Assembly (NCBI GenBank): GCA_030390025.1
Contig: CM059438.1
Location: 57,414,001-57,478,000, forward strand
Source of the DNA: Squalus acanthias
Taxonomy: Eukaryota
Direction: 5' to 3'
DNA length: 64,000 nucleotides
Shown: piece after piece, positions 1-12,460 of the stretch
How the letters are laid out: every line of letters starts with the position of its first letter
Numbering within the stretch: the stretch's first letter is position 1
The notes under the pieces: model-generated
The model's input: only the letters and a program-made list of their open reading frames with translations
What the model was told of the DNA's origin: nothing
Databases searched by the model: none
Position numbers and translations under genes: made by a program

Positions 1-96
1 GTGTACCCATCAGCAGTGAGTGCACCCCTGAGCTGTCAGTTTGTGGCTCTAAGGCTAAATTAAACCACAACTTGTACAATGGCCAGAGTGATTCAC

Positions 97-207
97 TGCG
101 CATGCACAACAGGGCGGTCTTTCTGCGCATGTGCTGGTTGTTGTTTCTGAGTTTCTGGCCGGGCTCGTGCTGTTTGATTGTTGGCATAGCAACTGGAGCG
201 GGTGAGG
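97..207 (+). promoter_or_regulatory. Promoter-like segment / non-coding first exon: two NRF1-like sites, GC box, RFX X-box, splice donor
   Basis: TGCGCATGCA 97-106, TGCGCATGTGC 124-134, GGGCGG 112-117, GTTGGCATAGCAAC 180-193 (near-palindromic X-box), CGG|GTGAGG donor with GT at 202-203; locally CpG-containing. Confidence 0.6.
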
Positions 208-287
208 GAGAAGCCATGGGGGAGGGCCCGGTCACACTCACCAGGGGAATGGGGGGAGGCCTAATCCTAGACACTGTGGGGGAATCA

Positions 288-1548
288 AGTGTGACCTCAG
301 TCACTGGCGGGGGAGGGTCAGGAGTGATCTCAGTCACTGGGGGGGGGGGGGGGGGGGGTCAGGTGTGACCTCAGTCACTGGGGGGGGGGGGGGGGGGGTG
401 AGATGTGATCTCAGTCACTGGGGGGGGGGGCGGGTGTGACCTCAGTCACTGGGGGGGCGGTGAGATGTGATCTCAGTCACTGGGTGGGCGGGTCAGGTGT
501 GATCTCAGACACTGGGGGGAGGGGTCAGGTGTGATCTCAGTCACTGGGGGGAGGGGTCAGGTGTGATCTCAGTCACTGGGGGGAGGGGTCAGGTGTGATC
601 TCAGTCACTGGGGGGGCGGTGAGATGTGATCTGTCACGGGGGGGGCGGGTCAGGTGTGACCTCAGTCACTGGGGGGGGGGGTCAGGTGTGACCTCAGTCA
701 CTGGGGGGGCGGTGAGATGTGATCTGTCACTGGGGGGAGGGGTCAGGTGTGATCTCAGTCACTGGGGGGGCGGGTCAGGTGTGACCTCAGTCACTGGGGG
801 GGCGGCGAGATGTGATCTCAGTCACTGGGGGGAGGGGTCAGGTGTGATCTCAGTCACTGGGGGGAGGGGTCAGGTGTGATCTCAGTCACTGGGGGGAGGG
901 GTCAGGTGTGATCTCAGTCACTGGGAGGGGGTCAGGTGTGACCTCAGTCACTGGGGGGGGGGGCGGGTGTGACCTCAGTCACTGGGGGTGGGGGTGAGAT
1001 GTGATCTCAGTCACTGGGGGTGGGGGTGAGATGTGATCTCAGTCATTGGGGGGGGGTCAGGTGTGACCTCAGTCACTGCGGGGGGGGGGGCGGTGAGATG
1101 TGATCTCAGTCACTGGGGGGGGTCAGGTGTGATCTCAGTCACTGGGGGGGGGGGTCAGGTGTGACCTCAGACACTGGGGGGGCGGTGAGATGTGATCTCA
1201 GTCACTGGGGGGGCGGGTCAGGTGTGATCTCAGACACTGGGGGGGGTCAGGAGTGACCTCAGTCACTGGGGGGGATTGGGGTCAGGAGTGACCTCAGTCA
1301 CTGGGGGGAGGGGTCAGGTGTGATCTCAGTCACTGGGGGGGCAGGTCAGGTGTGACCTCAGTCACTGGGGGGAGGGGTCAGGTGTGATCTCAGTCACTGG
1401 GGGGGCAGGTCAGGTGTGACCTCAGTCACTGGGGGGAGGGGTCAGGTGTGACCTCAGTCACTGGGGGGAGGGGTCAGGTGTGATCTCAGTCACTGGGGGG
1501 GATTGGGGTCAGGTGTGACCTCAGTCACTGGGGGGGGGGACGGGCAGG
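288..1548. repeat. G-rich minisatellite, unit about 30-33 bp (GGTCAGGTGTGAYCTCAGTCACTGGGGGG...)
   Basis: Tens of tandem copies with variable-length G runs are directly visible. Confidence 0.97.
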
Positions 1549-1689
1549 TGTCTGAATGCATTTCAATAGTACGGCATCACATCCGCGGTAATTATATGCA
1601 CATTTGGTTTACATTTGTAGTGTATATATACAACTGTTAATATATAGGCTGCTAAAAAATTTTGCCTCGCTTTGTTGTGCAACCTACAT

Positions 1690-1747
1690 TTTCCGTCCTG
1701 GCTACTCTGCGTGTCCCTGGATTTGGTTTGAAAATATGGTCACCCTA
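1690..1747. mobile_element. Terminal remnant of a hAT (Tip100-like) DNA transposon
   Basis: Ends in AAATATGGTCACCCTA, the reverse complement of the TAGGGTGACCA terminus typical of Tip100-type elements; no partner end seen. Confidence 0.4.
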
Positions 1748-1944
1748 TGTTAAAGGTGCCATATAAATCCAGGTTGTTGTTGAGTGACCAAGTACAGATG
1801 AGGAAGAATCAGTGGTGCCAGCTGCCCAAGGCCAGGTACTTGCTGGGTGATGGTCCAGAAGCTGGACTCTGTTGAGCAGAGGTCTGGGAACCAGCTCCTG
1901 TTGCTGATGCTGGTTCATATCTGACACGGCCTGCTCAGAAACAC

Positions 1945-2640
1945 GGGCCTAGAAATTTGGCCATGCAGCGCCCGTTTTTCAGGCATTTAACGGCCTTGTC
2001 AACCTCTAATATGGTGGGCAGGAAGTGCCGCTCGTTATGAGCCAGTAGTATGCCAGCTGCCATATTGGTGAAGGTGTTAGGCACTTTGCATATACAAATA
2101 TGGGGCTTAACACCAGTTTGAGGCCCTCACTGCAAGATTGGTTTGCCCTAAGGCGGTCCTTAAAGGGAGCGCCTGTTAGGCCGGAACCAAAAAGGTAAAA
2201 CTTCAAAACATACACCTGAATGTGGAGCCGGGAGGAGTAAGAGTGCTCCTCCCAACCCAACATTCAAAGTAGGCAGGTCACCCACCCCTCAATCTCCACC
2301 CCACCCCCCAACAGCTGATGCTACCACTCCGCCTTGGCCAATGCCACCTCCCCCCATGTCCCCAGCCAATGCCACCTGTCCCTGGCCAACGCCACCTCCC
2401 TCCTGGCCAAAGCCACCTGCCCCCCAGTCACTGTTTGCTTCCTGAGCAGATCACCCCTCTTCCTGGTCGCCCCCTTTCAATACTTACCTGAAAGCCGCTA
2501 CTGGCTTCACAGCGACTCAATCTTGCCCCCCATTTCGTCGGTGAGTTGTCTGTTACTGTCCGCAGCTTGCTAGCTTGATGGAAATGAAGCTCCTGGCATA
2601 ATATCGGCACTGCAGTCTGTGGAGGGCATGGCACCACCTG
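1945..2640. mobile_element. Degenerate non-autonomous Harbinger-like fragment
   Basis: Starts with GGGCCTAGAAATTTGG, similar to other Harbinger TIRs in the window; right end not found. Confidence 0.35.
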
Positions 2641-2710
2641 CTGTGGGAACAGCTGTCCTGAATGCTGAAAGTGCTGCTATGAAAGCTTTGGGAGCAAACC
2701 CATAAAATAT

Positions 2711-3512
2711 CTCTTTTTTTATTCATTCGCAGGATGTGAGCATCGCTGGCAAGGCCAGCATTTATTATCCATCCCTAATTGCCCTTGAGAAGGTGGTGGT
2801 GAGCTGCCTTCTTGAACTGCTGCAGTCCGTGTGGTGAAGGTACTCCCACAGTGCTGTTAGGGAGGGAGTTCCAGGATTTTGACCCAGTGATGATGAAGGA
2901 ACAGCGATATATTTCCAAGTCAGGATGGCGTGTGACTTGGAGGGAAACTTGGAGGTGGTGGTGTTCCCATGCGCCTGCTGCCCTTGTCCTTCTAGGTGGT
3001 AGAGGTCGCAGATTTGGGAGGTGCTGTCGAAGAAGCCTTGGTGAGATGCTGCAGGGCATCTTGTAGATGGTACACACTGAAGCCATGGTACACCAGTGGT
3101 GGAGGGAGTGAATGTTTAAGGTGGTGGATGGGGTGCCAATCAAGCGGGCTGCTTTGTCCTGGATGGTGTCGAACTTCTTGAGTGTTGTTGGAGCTGCACT
3201 CATCCAGGCAAGTGGAGAGTATTCCATCACACTCCTGACTTGTGCCTTGTAGATGGTGGAAAGGCTTTAAGGAGTCAGGAGGTGAGACACTCACCACAGA
3301 ATACCCAGCCTCTGACCTGCTCTTGTAGCCACAGTATTTATGTGGCTGGTGCAGTTAAGTTTCTGGTCAATGGTGACCCCCAGGATGTTGATGGTGGGGG
3401 ATTCGACAATGGTAATGTCATTGAATGACAAAGGGAAGGTGGTTAGACTATCTCTTGTTGGAGATGCTCATTGCCTGGCACTTGTGTGGCGCGAATGTTA
3501 CTTGCCACTTAC
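2711..3512 (-). mobile_element. 3' fragment of poly(A)-tailed CR1/L2-group LINE (family 2)
   Basis: C-terminal ORF2 peptide MEYSPLAWMSAAPTTLKK...HHHLLKGN, AATAAA and A tail on minus strand; matches copies at 47.3k, 55.3k and 62.3k. Confidence 0.9.
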
Positions 3513-4761
3513 CTGTCATCAACTTGGGTTGCCTTGAGGCCTGCCAATATTCTATTGTCATACATCTGAGTGTGCACGTTGAAGTGAAATCCTCCAGTAG
3601 GTGCACATATGTCACTCTTAAATACCAGGTGGCTGGCTCTCCCATCAGTGCCATCCTCAGCCCACTGTGCATCCCTAAGAGATAGATGAGAAAGCAGTGA
3701 GTGCTTGCTTAAAGGGGTGGTCTGTGAAGCTAAACCAGTAGAAAATATCTAGTGTAAAAACCCCAAAATGTAAGACCTGTAATTGATGGACTTAACAAGC
3801 CTGAGGAAGGTATAACTTAGACCAATTTTCCCAGAGTCTTGAGGTCATACAAAACAAAATGTTATGTTTCGTATTGTGTAATAAAGTGTTGTGTATTGAT
3901 TTAATGCATTCAACACAACAAGTCAGAGACCAATGAGCATTGTTACAGTGACACCTGCCTGGTTGGACAGGGTGTTGGAAGGTCAGAACTGAAATCTTTT
4001 GATTCATATTTAAGTGGGAAGTTACCTTGGGCTGGAATCTGGAGTTAGTACGCAGTACCACATCATCATGATAACAGATAGGTAAGTATGATTGATGACC
4101 AGTGCTTGGATCTCATTCACCCTCTCAGTTGAAATCAAAGCGACAAGAAAGGCTGTCTTCCAGGTGAGGAATTTCAGATCACACATCACGACAGACTTAC
4201 TGGAACACCCAGAAATTTTTGTAAGGCTAAATTTAAGTCCCAGGATGTGGAGGACATTTTATAGATAAAGTTTGAAATAAACAATAGATGTTCCCCAAAA
4301 AGCCCAAAGCACGTACATCATGAAAAGTAGAATTATAGCGGTTGCCAATGCGGCTGCCTCGCAGTCAGGGCCTTCTATACCCACAGCCCATGGAGGTGCT
4401 TTGCCATCAGTCACCAAGCAGATTTGTAGTGATACCCTGATACCCTGCAGCAGACAGTGGGACTCATAAAGGCCGGAATTTTTACCGTGGAGTAGGGTCG
4501 GGTGCGTGTGGGTCGGGAGCGTGCGGGTCAGGAGCGCAATGTTCTGCTCAGCGCGTTCTTCAGGGCGACTTTAACTTAATGGCCCCACTTAAAGCAGTCA
4601 TGCGCGTTTCCCAGCCCAATTAAATGGAGCGGGTCTGATGACATCATCAATGATGTGTTTCCAGTGCCGATACTTAAAGCAGCCTTGCACTCAGCTCATT
4701 TGAAGGTTGCTAGAGGGTGGAATCTGAAATCCAAAGGGCTGAGTACTCTTCTAAACCAGCA

Positions 4762-6616
4762 ATGATGGATAGTAAAAGGCAGAGGGCTGCACCATGGTTT
4801 TCTGACGCATCCCTGCATACTCTGGTGGAGGCAGTCAGAGCACGCAGGAAGGTCCTGTTCCCTGCTGATAGGTGAAGGAGACCTCCAAAAGATACCAAAA
4901 AAGCCTGGCTGGATATAGCTGAGGAGGTCAGCAGCAGGGATGTGGTCAGAAGGACCTGGATCCAGTGCAGAAAATGATTCAATGATCTCATGACATCAGG
5001 AATGGTGAGTGCAATGCCACACTCGCCTGTCACCACAACCCCATCACTCTGTCTTCCCAAGCCCACTCCTGCACATCATTCCTCACACCAACATACCTTG
5101 CACGTCCACCCATCCCTCTCTCTCTCTGTACATACTCACATCCCCATCTGACTAACCACCCCTCACACTCACCCTCATCTAATTCAATCATAGCAAGTAA
5201 CACCACGGAAGGAGGCCATTTGGCAATGGCACCTCACTCCCTCATAGTCACCCTATACAGATGTAGCCCATCCATTCCTTACACCCATTCCATCACTCTC
5301 ACTCAAACTTCTCTTCTTTCCGTCCTTGCAGAAGAAAAGAGCCCAGGACGCGTGGGAGAGGCAGAGAACCAGAGGTGGCCCTCCAGTCTTCACCCAACTT
5401 ACAGCAGCAGAGGAGGGGGCTCTGGAGATCGTGGGAGTTGGAGAGATGCTAGCGGTGGGAGATGGCGAGAGGGGGACATCCCAGCAACCTGGTGACAGAA
5501 TCTCATACAGCCACATGGCATACAGCAGTGACTCATATGGTGACTGATATCAGCAGCCAGTGAAATGCCATCATGTACATAATGGTAACATTACACATTC
5601 TTATTATAACACTTCTAATTCATCTCTTTACTCTCCCACAGGTCCATCAACTGCACCCCCCCCCACTGTCCAGCCGGAAGAGGAAGACGACTCCTCAGAG
5701 GAGCCTCCAGCCTCTGAGGGTGCACCGTCACCAGACCCAAGCGCACCCAGCCCCAGCGCAGATACGCACACCTCGGTGGGTCATGTGCACCATAGAGTAG
5801 TGTTGTCACCTGGTGTCTCTCACAATTCACAAGTGAGCAAGAGCAGATAGTGTTGACAGGGACAGCAGTGGAGACTCCTCGCCAGAGGGTGTAGGACACT
5901 CCAAGCTCTGCTGAGCTGCATGCAGACACTGAGCCTCGGGGACCATCGAGAAAGAGAGTGATCTTGGAGGGGCAGCAACAATTGCATGAGGCTCTGGCAT
6001 CTTTTGCAGTCGCGATGTCTGCAAATGTGCAGAGAATGGAGAAGTCCATCTCCAACATGAGCACCACCATGTCACAGGCGATAGTGACAATGTGCTGTTC
6101 CATGGAAAGAATGGCCACCTGCATGGAGCAACAAATGCGCCAGTCACTTGAGCACATGCTAGCTGTGAACAACAGATGGCAGGCGCTCAAAGACCTCCTC
6201 TCTAGGAGGGATATAAATGTAGACTTGGCCGTTCATCACGCCACTGCTGTGCAGCAAGGTACTCTGCAGCTCCTTGCTAGCAGGGAAGTGCAGGTGGCCC
6301 ATGAGAGGGATGATGGTGAGAGGGGACATGGAAGTGGGGCTCTTCTCAAAGCGCTCACACTTCTCCCCCATTGCCTCCCCCTTAGTCAGAGCAGCACATG
6401 CTGCCTTGGATCCCGATGGCCGAGTCTGCCCCTGCACAGTCGCAGGAGGAGCAGAGTTTGGCGGGGCCATCACAGGCTCCAAAACCCAGAGGACGTTTGC
6501 CACAAGTGTCTAACGAGTCGCAGGAAGGAAGTGAGCAGTCTGCCTATACCTCTGCTCAAGCCACAGGGGTTGCACCTCGTAGAAGCACTCGGAAAAGAAA
6601 AATGACACAAAAGTAG
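4762..6616 (+). pseudogene. Harbinger Myb/SANT-like (trihelix) gene of H1; exons 4762-5004, 5332-5491, 5642-6616
   Basis: MMDSKRQRAAPWFSDASLHTLVEAV...W..IAEEV...RTWIQCRK*FNDL motif, GT-AG introns, in-frame TGA stops and a frameshift in exon 3. Confidence 0.85.
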
Positions 6617-6864
6617 ATGCACACGGGTATGCACATGGGTGTATGAAAAAATGTTAGTGTTAAGTTTCAGTCATTTTGATGACACACATAAATGTTTTTG
6701 TTTGCACCACTTTCCAGTCTTGTCCATTTTTGCCTGCTATCTTAGAAAGACTTGCATTTGCATTTATACCTTGGAAATAGCTTTGTCACTTGGAGTGAAT
6801 AATGAGACATTACTTAACTTCAAGCACTGGTGCTTTGGGTGAGAGGAACGGCTTGGTCATTGTA

Positions 6865-9800
6865 GGGGGAGGGTGAACAGCCAGTTGTCGTGGTGCATAT
6901 AGGTACCAACGATATAGGTAAAAAATGGGATGAGGTCCTAAAAGCTGAATATAGGGAGTTAGGAGGTAAATTAAAAAATAGGACCTCAAAGGTAGTAATC
7001 TCAGGATTGCTACCAGTGCCACGTGCTAGTCAGAGTAGAAATAGAAGGATATTTCAGATGAAAATGTGGCAGATGAAAAGGAATGGTGCAAGGGAGATTG
7101 GAACCGGTTCTGGGGGAGGTGGGACCAGTACAAACTGGATGGTTTGCACCTGGGCAGCACCGGGACCGATGTCCTTGGGGGAGTGTTTGCTAGTGCTGTT
7201 GGGGAGGGTTTAAACTAAAATGGCAGGGGGTTGGGAGCCTGTGCAGGGAGACAGAGGAAAGGGAAGCAAGGATAGAAACAAAAGACAGGAAGGAGAAAAG
7301 CAAAAGTGGAAGGCAGAGAAATCAAGGGTGTAAATCAAACAGGGCTACAGTAAATAATAATTCTAAAAGGACTAAGAGTGTTAAAAAAAAGCCTAAAGGC
7401 TTTGGGGGAAAAATTCAGTTGGTTGCGCCTCCCGTTAGCGCCTTAAGAGGGCGCTAATGGGGCGCAAAGCATCTAGCGCCCAGGCGCGGCGAAGTTTGCG
7501 CCGCTCACGAAATTAACTAGACATTTTGCGGCGGCGCTAAACACTACCGCCACGATCTCCTGCGCCGGCAGATCGTGACGTCAGTCGAGTGCGCAACGCC
7601 CCGGTATCGCCCCAGAGCAGATATTGAGTGGCGCCCCCTGCCTTAGCGCATGACGCTAGCAACGACAGTTTGAGTGGAGTGTTCTGCAGTCATGAAGGGA
7701 AAGGGGGAGCGCTATTTAAAGGTGACCGCTTCCTGCCTTTTATTGTTGGTACCATTTTTGAACTACGCATTCTGAGAGAGAGAGAGAGAGACTTCTGGAG
7801 AGTTTCAACGTTGTGTGAAGGAGTTTTGGGTACTGAGCAGCACTTTGCAGGTTCATTTTGATTTGCCATTCCTTGTATCGATTTAGAAGAGACTGTGGGG
7901 GCTGCACTCTGAGCTCTTTGCCTGGTACTCTCCATTGTTCTTTCCAGCAGATTTGATGTGCAGGTCTCTCCAGGCCGAGATTCAAGGCTGCAATTAGCAG
8001 GATGTGGATGGAAAGTGAGATTAACCATCCCCTTTAAGAACTGGCCCATGCCATTGTGTCTGTGTTCCATTGCTGACTGACATTACATGAACTTCGCCAG
8101 CGCTCTGAGGTAGCGCCTCGCTCCTCGGCCTTTGCGCCTTAAGACAGGTGTGAAGCGCCTGATTTAGCGCTCCAATCACCTCCAGGGGCGATAAAAGTCA
8201 AGTTTGCAGTCGGTGGCGATAATTAGTGCCAGGCGCTAATCTTTGCGCCCGGCCGATAATTGCGCCCCAAATGGGGCGATACTGAATTTCTCCCCCTTTG
8301 TGTCTTAATGCGAGGAGCATTCGTAATAAGGTGGATGAATTAGCTGCGCAAATAGATGTAAACAGATATGATATAATTGGGATTACGGAGACATGGCTCC
8401 AGGGTGACCAAGGCTGGGAATTCAACATCCAGGGGTATTCAATATTCAGGAAGGACAGGCAAAAAGGAAAAGGAGGTGGGGTAGCATTACTGGTTAAAGA
8501 GGAGATTAACACAATAGTAAGGAAGGATATTAGCACTGATGATGTGGAATCTGTATGGGTAGAGCTGAGAAATACCAAGGGGCAGAAAACGTTAGTGGGA
8601 GTTGTATACAGACCCCCAAACAGTAATGCTGAGGTTGGGGATGGCATTAAATGGGAAATTAGAGATGCGTGCAATAAGGGCACAGCAGTTATCATGGGTG
8701 ACTTTAATCTACATATCGATTGGGCTAACCAAATTAGTAACAATACTGTGGAGGAGGAATTCCCAGAGTGTATACGGGATGGTTTCCTGGACCAATATGT
8801 CGAAGAACCAACTAGAGATCAGGCCATCTTAGACTGGGTATTATGTAATGAGAAAGGATTAATTAGCAATCTTGTTGTGCGAGGCCCCTTGGGGAGGAGC
8901 GATCATAATATGAGAGAATTCTTCATTAAGATGGAGAGTGAAGTAGTTGACTCAGAGACTAGGGTCCTGAATTTAAATAAAGGAAACTACGATGGTATGA
9001 GGCACGAGTTGGCTAGGATGAATTGGGGAGTGTTACTTAAAGGGTTGATGGTGGATAGGCAATGGCAAACATTTAAAGATCGCATGGATGAACTACAGAA
9101 TTTGTTCATCCCTGTTTGGCATAAAAATAAAACAAAAAAGGTGACTCAACCGTGGCTAACAAGGGAAATTAGGGATAGCATAAGATCCAAGGAGAGGACA
9201 TATAAATTGGCCAGAAAAAGCAGCAAACCTAAGGATTGGGAGCAGTTTAGGATTCAGCAAAGGAGGACAAAGGGATTAATTAAGAGGGGGAAAATAGAAT
9301 ATGAGAGTAAGCTTGCAGGGAACATAAAAACTGACTGTAAAAGCTTCTATAGATATGTGAAGAGAAAAAGATTGGTGAAGTCAAGCGTAGGTCCCTTGCA
9401 GTCAGAATCAGGGGAATTTATAATGGGGAACAAAGAAATGGCAGATCAATACATACTTTGGTTCTGTCTTCACAAAGGAGGACACAAATGACCTCCCAGA
9501 GATGTCAGGAAACATAGGGTCTAATCAGAGGGAGGAATTGAATGAAATCAGTATTTGTAGGGAAATGGTGTTAGGGAAATTGACGGGATTGAAGGTCGAT
9601 AAATCCCCAGGGCCTGATAATCTACATCCTAGGGTACTTAAGGAGGTGGCCCTAGAAATAGTAGATGCATTGCTGGTCATCTTCCAAAATTCTATGGACT
9701 CTGGAACAGTTCCCATGGATTGGAGGGTAGCTAATGTAACCCCACTATTTAAAAAAGGAGGTAGAGAAAAAATGGGGAATTATAAGCCTGACATCGGTAG

Positions 9801-11176
9801 TGGGGAAAAATGCTAGAGTCCATTATAAAAGATGTAATAGCAGAGCACTTGGAAAACAGTGACAGGATCGGACAAAGTCAACATGGATTTACAAAAGGTA
9901 AATCATGCTTGACTAATCTACTGGAATTTTTTGAGGATGTAACTGGTAGAATAGATAAGGGAGAACCAGTGGATGTGGTGTATTTGGACTTTCAGAAGGC
10001 TTTCGATAAGGTCCTGCATAAGAGATTAGCATCCAAAGTTAAAGCACATGGGATTGGGGGTAAGGTACTGACTTGGATAGAGAACTGGTTGGCAAACAGG
10101 AAACAAAGAGTTGGAATAAATGAGTCTTTTTCCGAGTGGCAGGCAGTGACTAGTGGGGTACCGCAGGGATCGGTGCTAGGACCTCAGCTATTCACAATAT
10201 ATATTAATGATCTAGACGAGGGAACTAGATGTAATATCTCCAAGTTTGCAGACGACACAAAGCTGGGTGGGCATGTGTGGTGTGAGGAGGATGCAGAGAA
10301 ACTCCAGTATGATTTTGATAGGTTGAGTGATTGGGCAGATGCATGGCAGCTGCAGTATAATGTGGATAAATGCGAGGTTATCCACTTTGGTGGCAAAAAC
10401 AGGAAGACAGCTTATTATCTGAACGGCAATAGATTGGGAAAAGGGGAAGTGCAACGAGACCTGGGTGTCCTCGTGCACCAGTCGCTGAAGGTAAGCATGC
10501 AGGTGCAGCAGGCGGTTAAGAAGGCAAATGGTATGTTGGTCTTCATAGCGAGAGGATTCGAGTACAGTAGCAAGGATGTCTTGCTGCAGTTGTACAGGGC
10601 CTTGGTGAGACCACACCTTGAGTATTATGCGCAGTTTTGGTCGCCTTATCTGAGGAAGGATGTTCTTGCCATGGAGGAAGTGCAGTGAAGATTCACCAGA
10701 CTGATACCTGGGATGGCAGGAATGATGTATGAAGAGAGATTGGGTCGATTAGGCTTATATTCGCTAGAGTTTAGAAGAATGAGAGGGGATCTCATTGAAA
10801 CTTATAAAATTCTAACAGGACTAGACAGATTAGATGCAGGAAGGATGTTCCCGATGGCGGGGGAGTCCAGAACCAGGGGTCACAGTCTAAGGATAAGGGG
10901 TAAGCCATTTAGGACTGAGATGAGGAGGAATTTCTTCACCCAGAGAGTGGTGAACCTGTGGAATTCTCTACCACAGAAGGCAGTTGAGGCCAATTCATTA
11001 AATATATTCAAGAAGGAGTTAGATATATTTCTTAAGGCTAAAGGGATCAAGGGATATGGGGAGAAAGCAGGGACAGGGTACTGAATTTGGATGATCAGCC
11101 ATGATCTCATTAAATGGTGGAACAGGCTCGAGGGGCCGAATGGCCTACTTCTGCTCCTATCTTCTATGTTTCTATG
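6865..11176 (+). mobile_element. Young CR1 LINE: ORF1 esterase C-terminus, ORF2 APE endonuclease and RT, (TTCTATG) tail
   Basis: VVHIGTND esterase motif; CLNARSIRNK...GDFN...SDH endonuclease; QGSVLGP and FADD RT motifs; several frameshifts and stops. Confidence 0.96.
7404..8296. mobile_element. Non-autonomous Harbinger element inserted at the start of CR1 ORF2
   Basis: TIRs GGGGGAAAAATTCAGT / ACTGAATTTCTCCCCC, perfect TTT TSD; removal restores KALCLNARS; CpG-rich. Confidence 0.92.
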
Positions 11177-11235
11177 GTGTTGTTCACAGGGGGATCTTAG
11201 TACAGCATGCGGCAGCCATGTGGCTGCATTGGAGC

Positions 11236-12460
11236 AAGTTAAGTAAATCTGGCCATGATGAGGCCATCCTGGGCCTCCCGGGCAGCAATGGGCCGGTGCC
11301 ATCTTCACCTCAGGTTCCTCCTCCTCCTCCTCCTCCTCCTCGTCTTCCACCTGCTCCTCCTCCTCCTCCTCTGAAGAGGCTGTGCACTCTGTGCATTGCT
11401 CCTCCTGCAGTTTCAATCCGCTCTGCTGTGCTATGTTGTGCAGCATGCAGGAAATGACGATGATTCTGGAGACCCTGGCTGGTGTACAGAAGGGCTCCTC
11501 CAAATCTGTCAAGGCATCTGAAGCGCATCTTCAGCATGCCTATTGCTTGCTCTATGGCACATCTGGTGGAGATGTGGCTCTGATTATAATGCTCCTCGGA
11601 CTCAGTACTTGGCGTCCTCAAGGGTGTCATGAGCCATGTCTTCAGTGGATAGCCCTTGTCTCCAAGCAGCCAGCTGGTAAGTCTGTTTGGAAGAGCGAAG
11701 AGCTGAGGGAGGGTGGACTGGTGCAGCACGAAAGAGTCATGACAGCTGTCAGGGAATCTGGTGCACACATGCATAATCATCTTTTTATGGTTGCAGACGA
11801 GCTGCACATTGAAGGACTGGAAGCCCTTGCAGTTCACAAACACTCTTGGGTGATGATGGGGTGCCTTCATGGCCACATGTGTGCAGTCGATGATGCCCTG
11901 CACCTGTGGGAAGTCAGCCAGAGCCGCAAAGCCGAGCGCCCATTCAGGAACACTGGCCTCATAAGTGGCAAAGTTGATATAATTGGCTGACTTGTGAAAC
12001 AGGGCATCGGCCACCTGGGTGATGCATCTGTGGGCGGCCGACTGCGAAATCCCACAAATGTCTGCTGCAGATCCCTGGAATGAGCCTGAGGCGAAGAAGT
12101 TGAGAGGTGTGGTGACTTTGACAGCCACTGGTAAGGAGTGTCCACCAGGACCTCTGGGCAGCAGGTCTTGTTCCCGTGAGCTACAAATATCTGCGACGAT
12201 CTGGTGCAATAGCCTGAGCCTGCTGAAGCACTGCTGCTGTCATGTTGAGGAAGCTCATCCTCTGCCGGTATACCCTGTGTTGGGGGTATCGCCTCCAGTG
12301 TGCTGCAGCCCTGTGCTGACCCCCTCTCTCCTGTGGAGCATCAGGTCGTTGAGGAGAAGGCTGCTGTTGTGGTTGCTGTTGCTGCTGGTGTGGCTGGTGT
12401 TGGTGCTTATCTTGGTCCGATTCTGAGGACCAAGGTGAGACAGTATAAGTAAGCAGCAAC
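11236..12460 (-). pseudogene. Harbinger (HARBI1-like) DDE transposase of H1, frameshifted
   Basis: [18 protein letters not shown] and [15 protein letters not shown] motifs; Q-rich N-terminus and acidic C-terminus lie in other frames. Confidence 0.92.

Noticed and set aside
288..1548. Repeat with palindromic core and variable linkers resembling a CRISPR array; ORFs 72-368 and 595-879
   Set aside because: The linkers are G runs rather than unique spacers, there are no cas genes, and the context is vertebrate; the ORFs are translations of the repeat
1781..1940. Unique segment with short open frames on the minus strand, possibly a terminal exon
   Set aside because: No convincing acceptor in the required phase and no recognisable homology
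4259..4444. Minus-strand 61-codon frame with a hydrophobic stretch (AAALATAIILLFMMYVLWAF)
   Set aside because: Phase does not match the micro-exons, the acceptor is weak and no family is recognised; it may be chance or an old TE remnant
10880..11512. Fusion-looking ORFs (also 24977-25585, 31906-32271, 48311-49132)
   Set aside because: They read through TE-TE junctions into antisense or non-coding sequence
11236..12460. Domesticated host HARBI1 or MSANTD genes
   Set aside because: The ORFs lie within TIRs, are multi-copy in this window and carry stops or frameshifts
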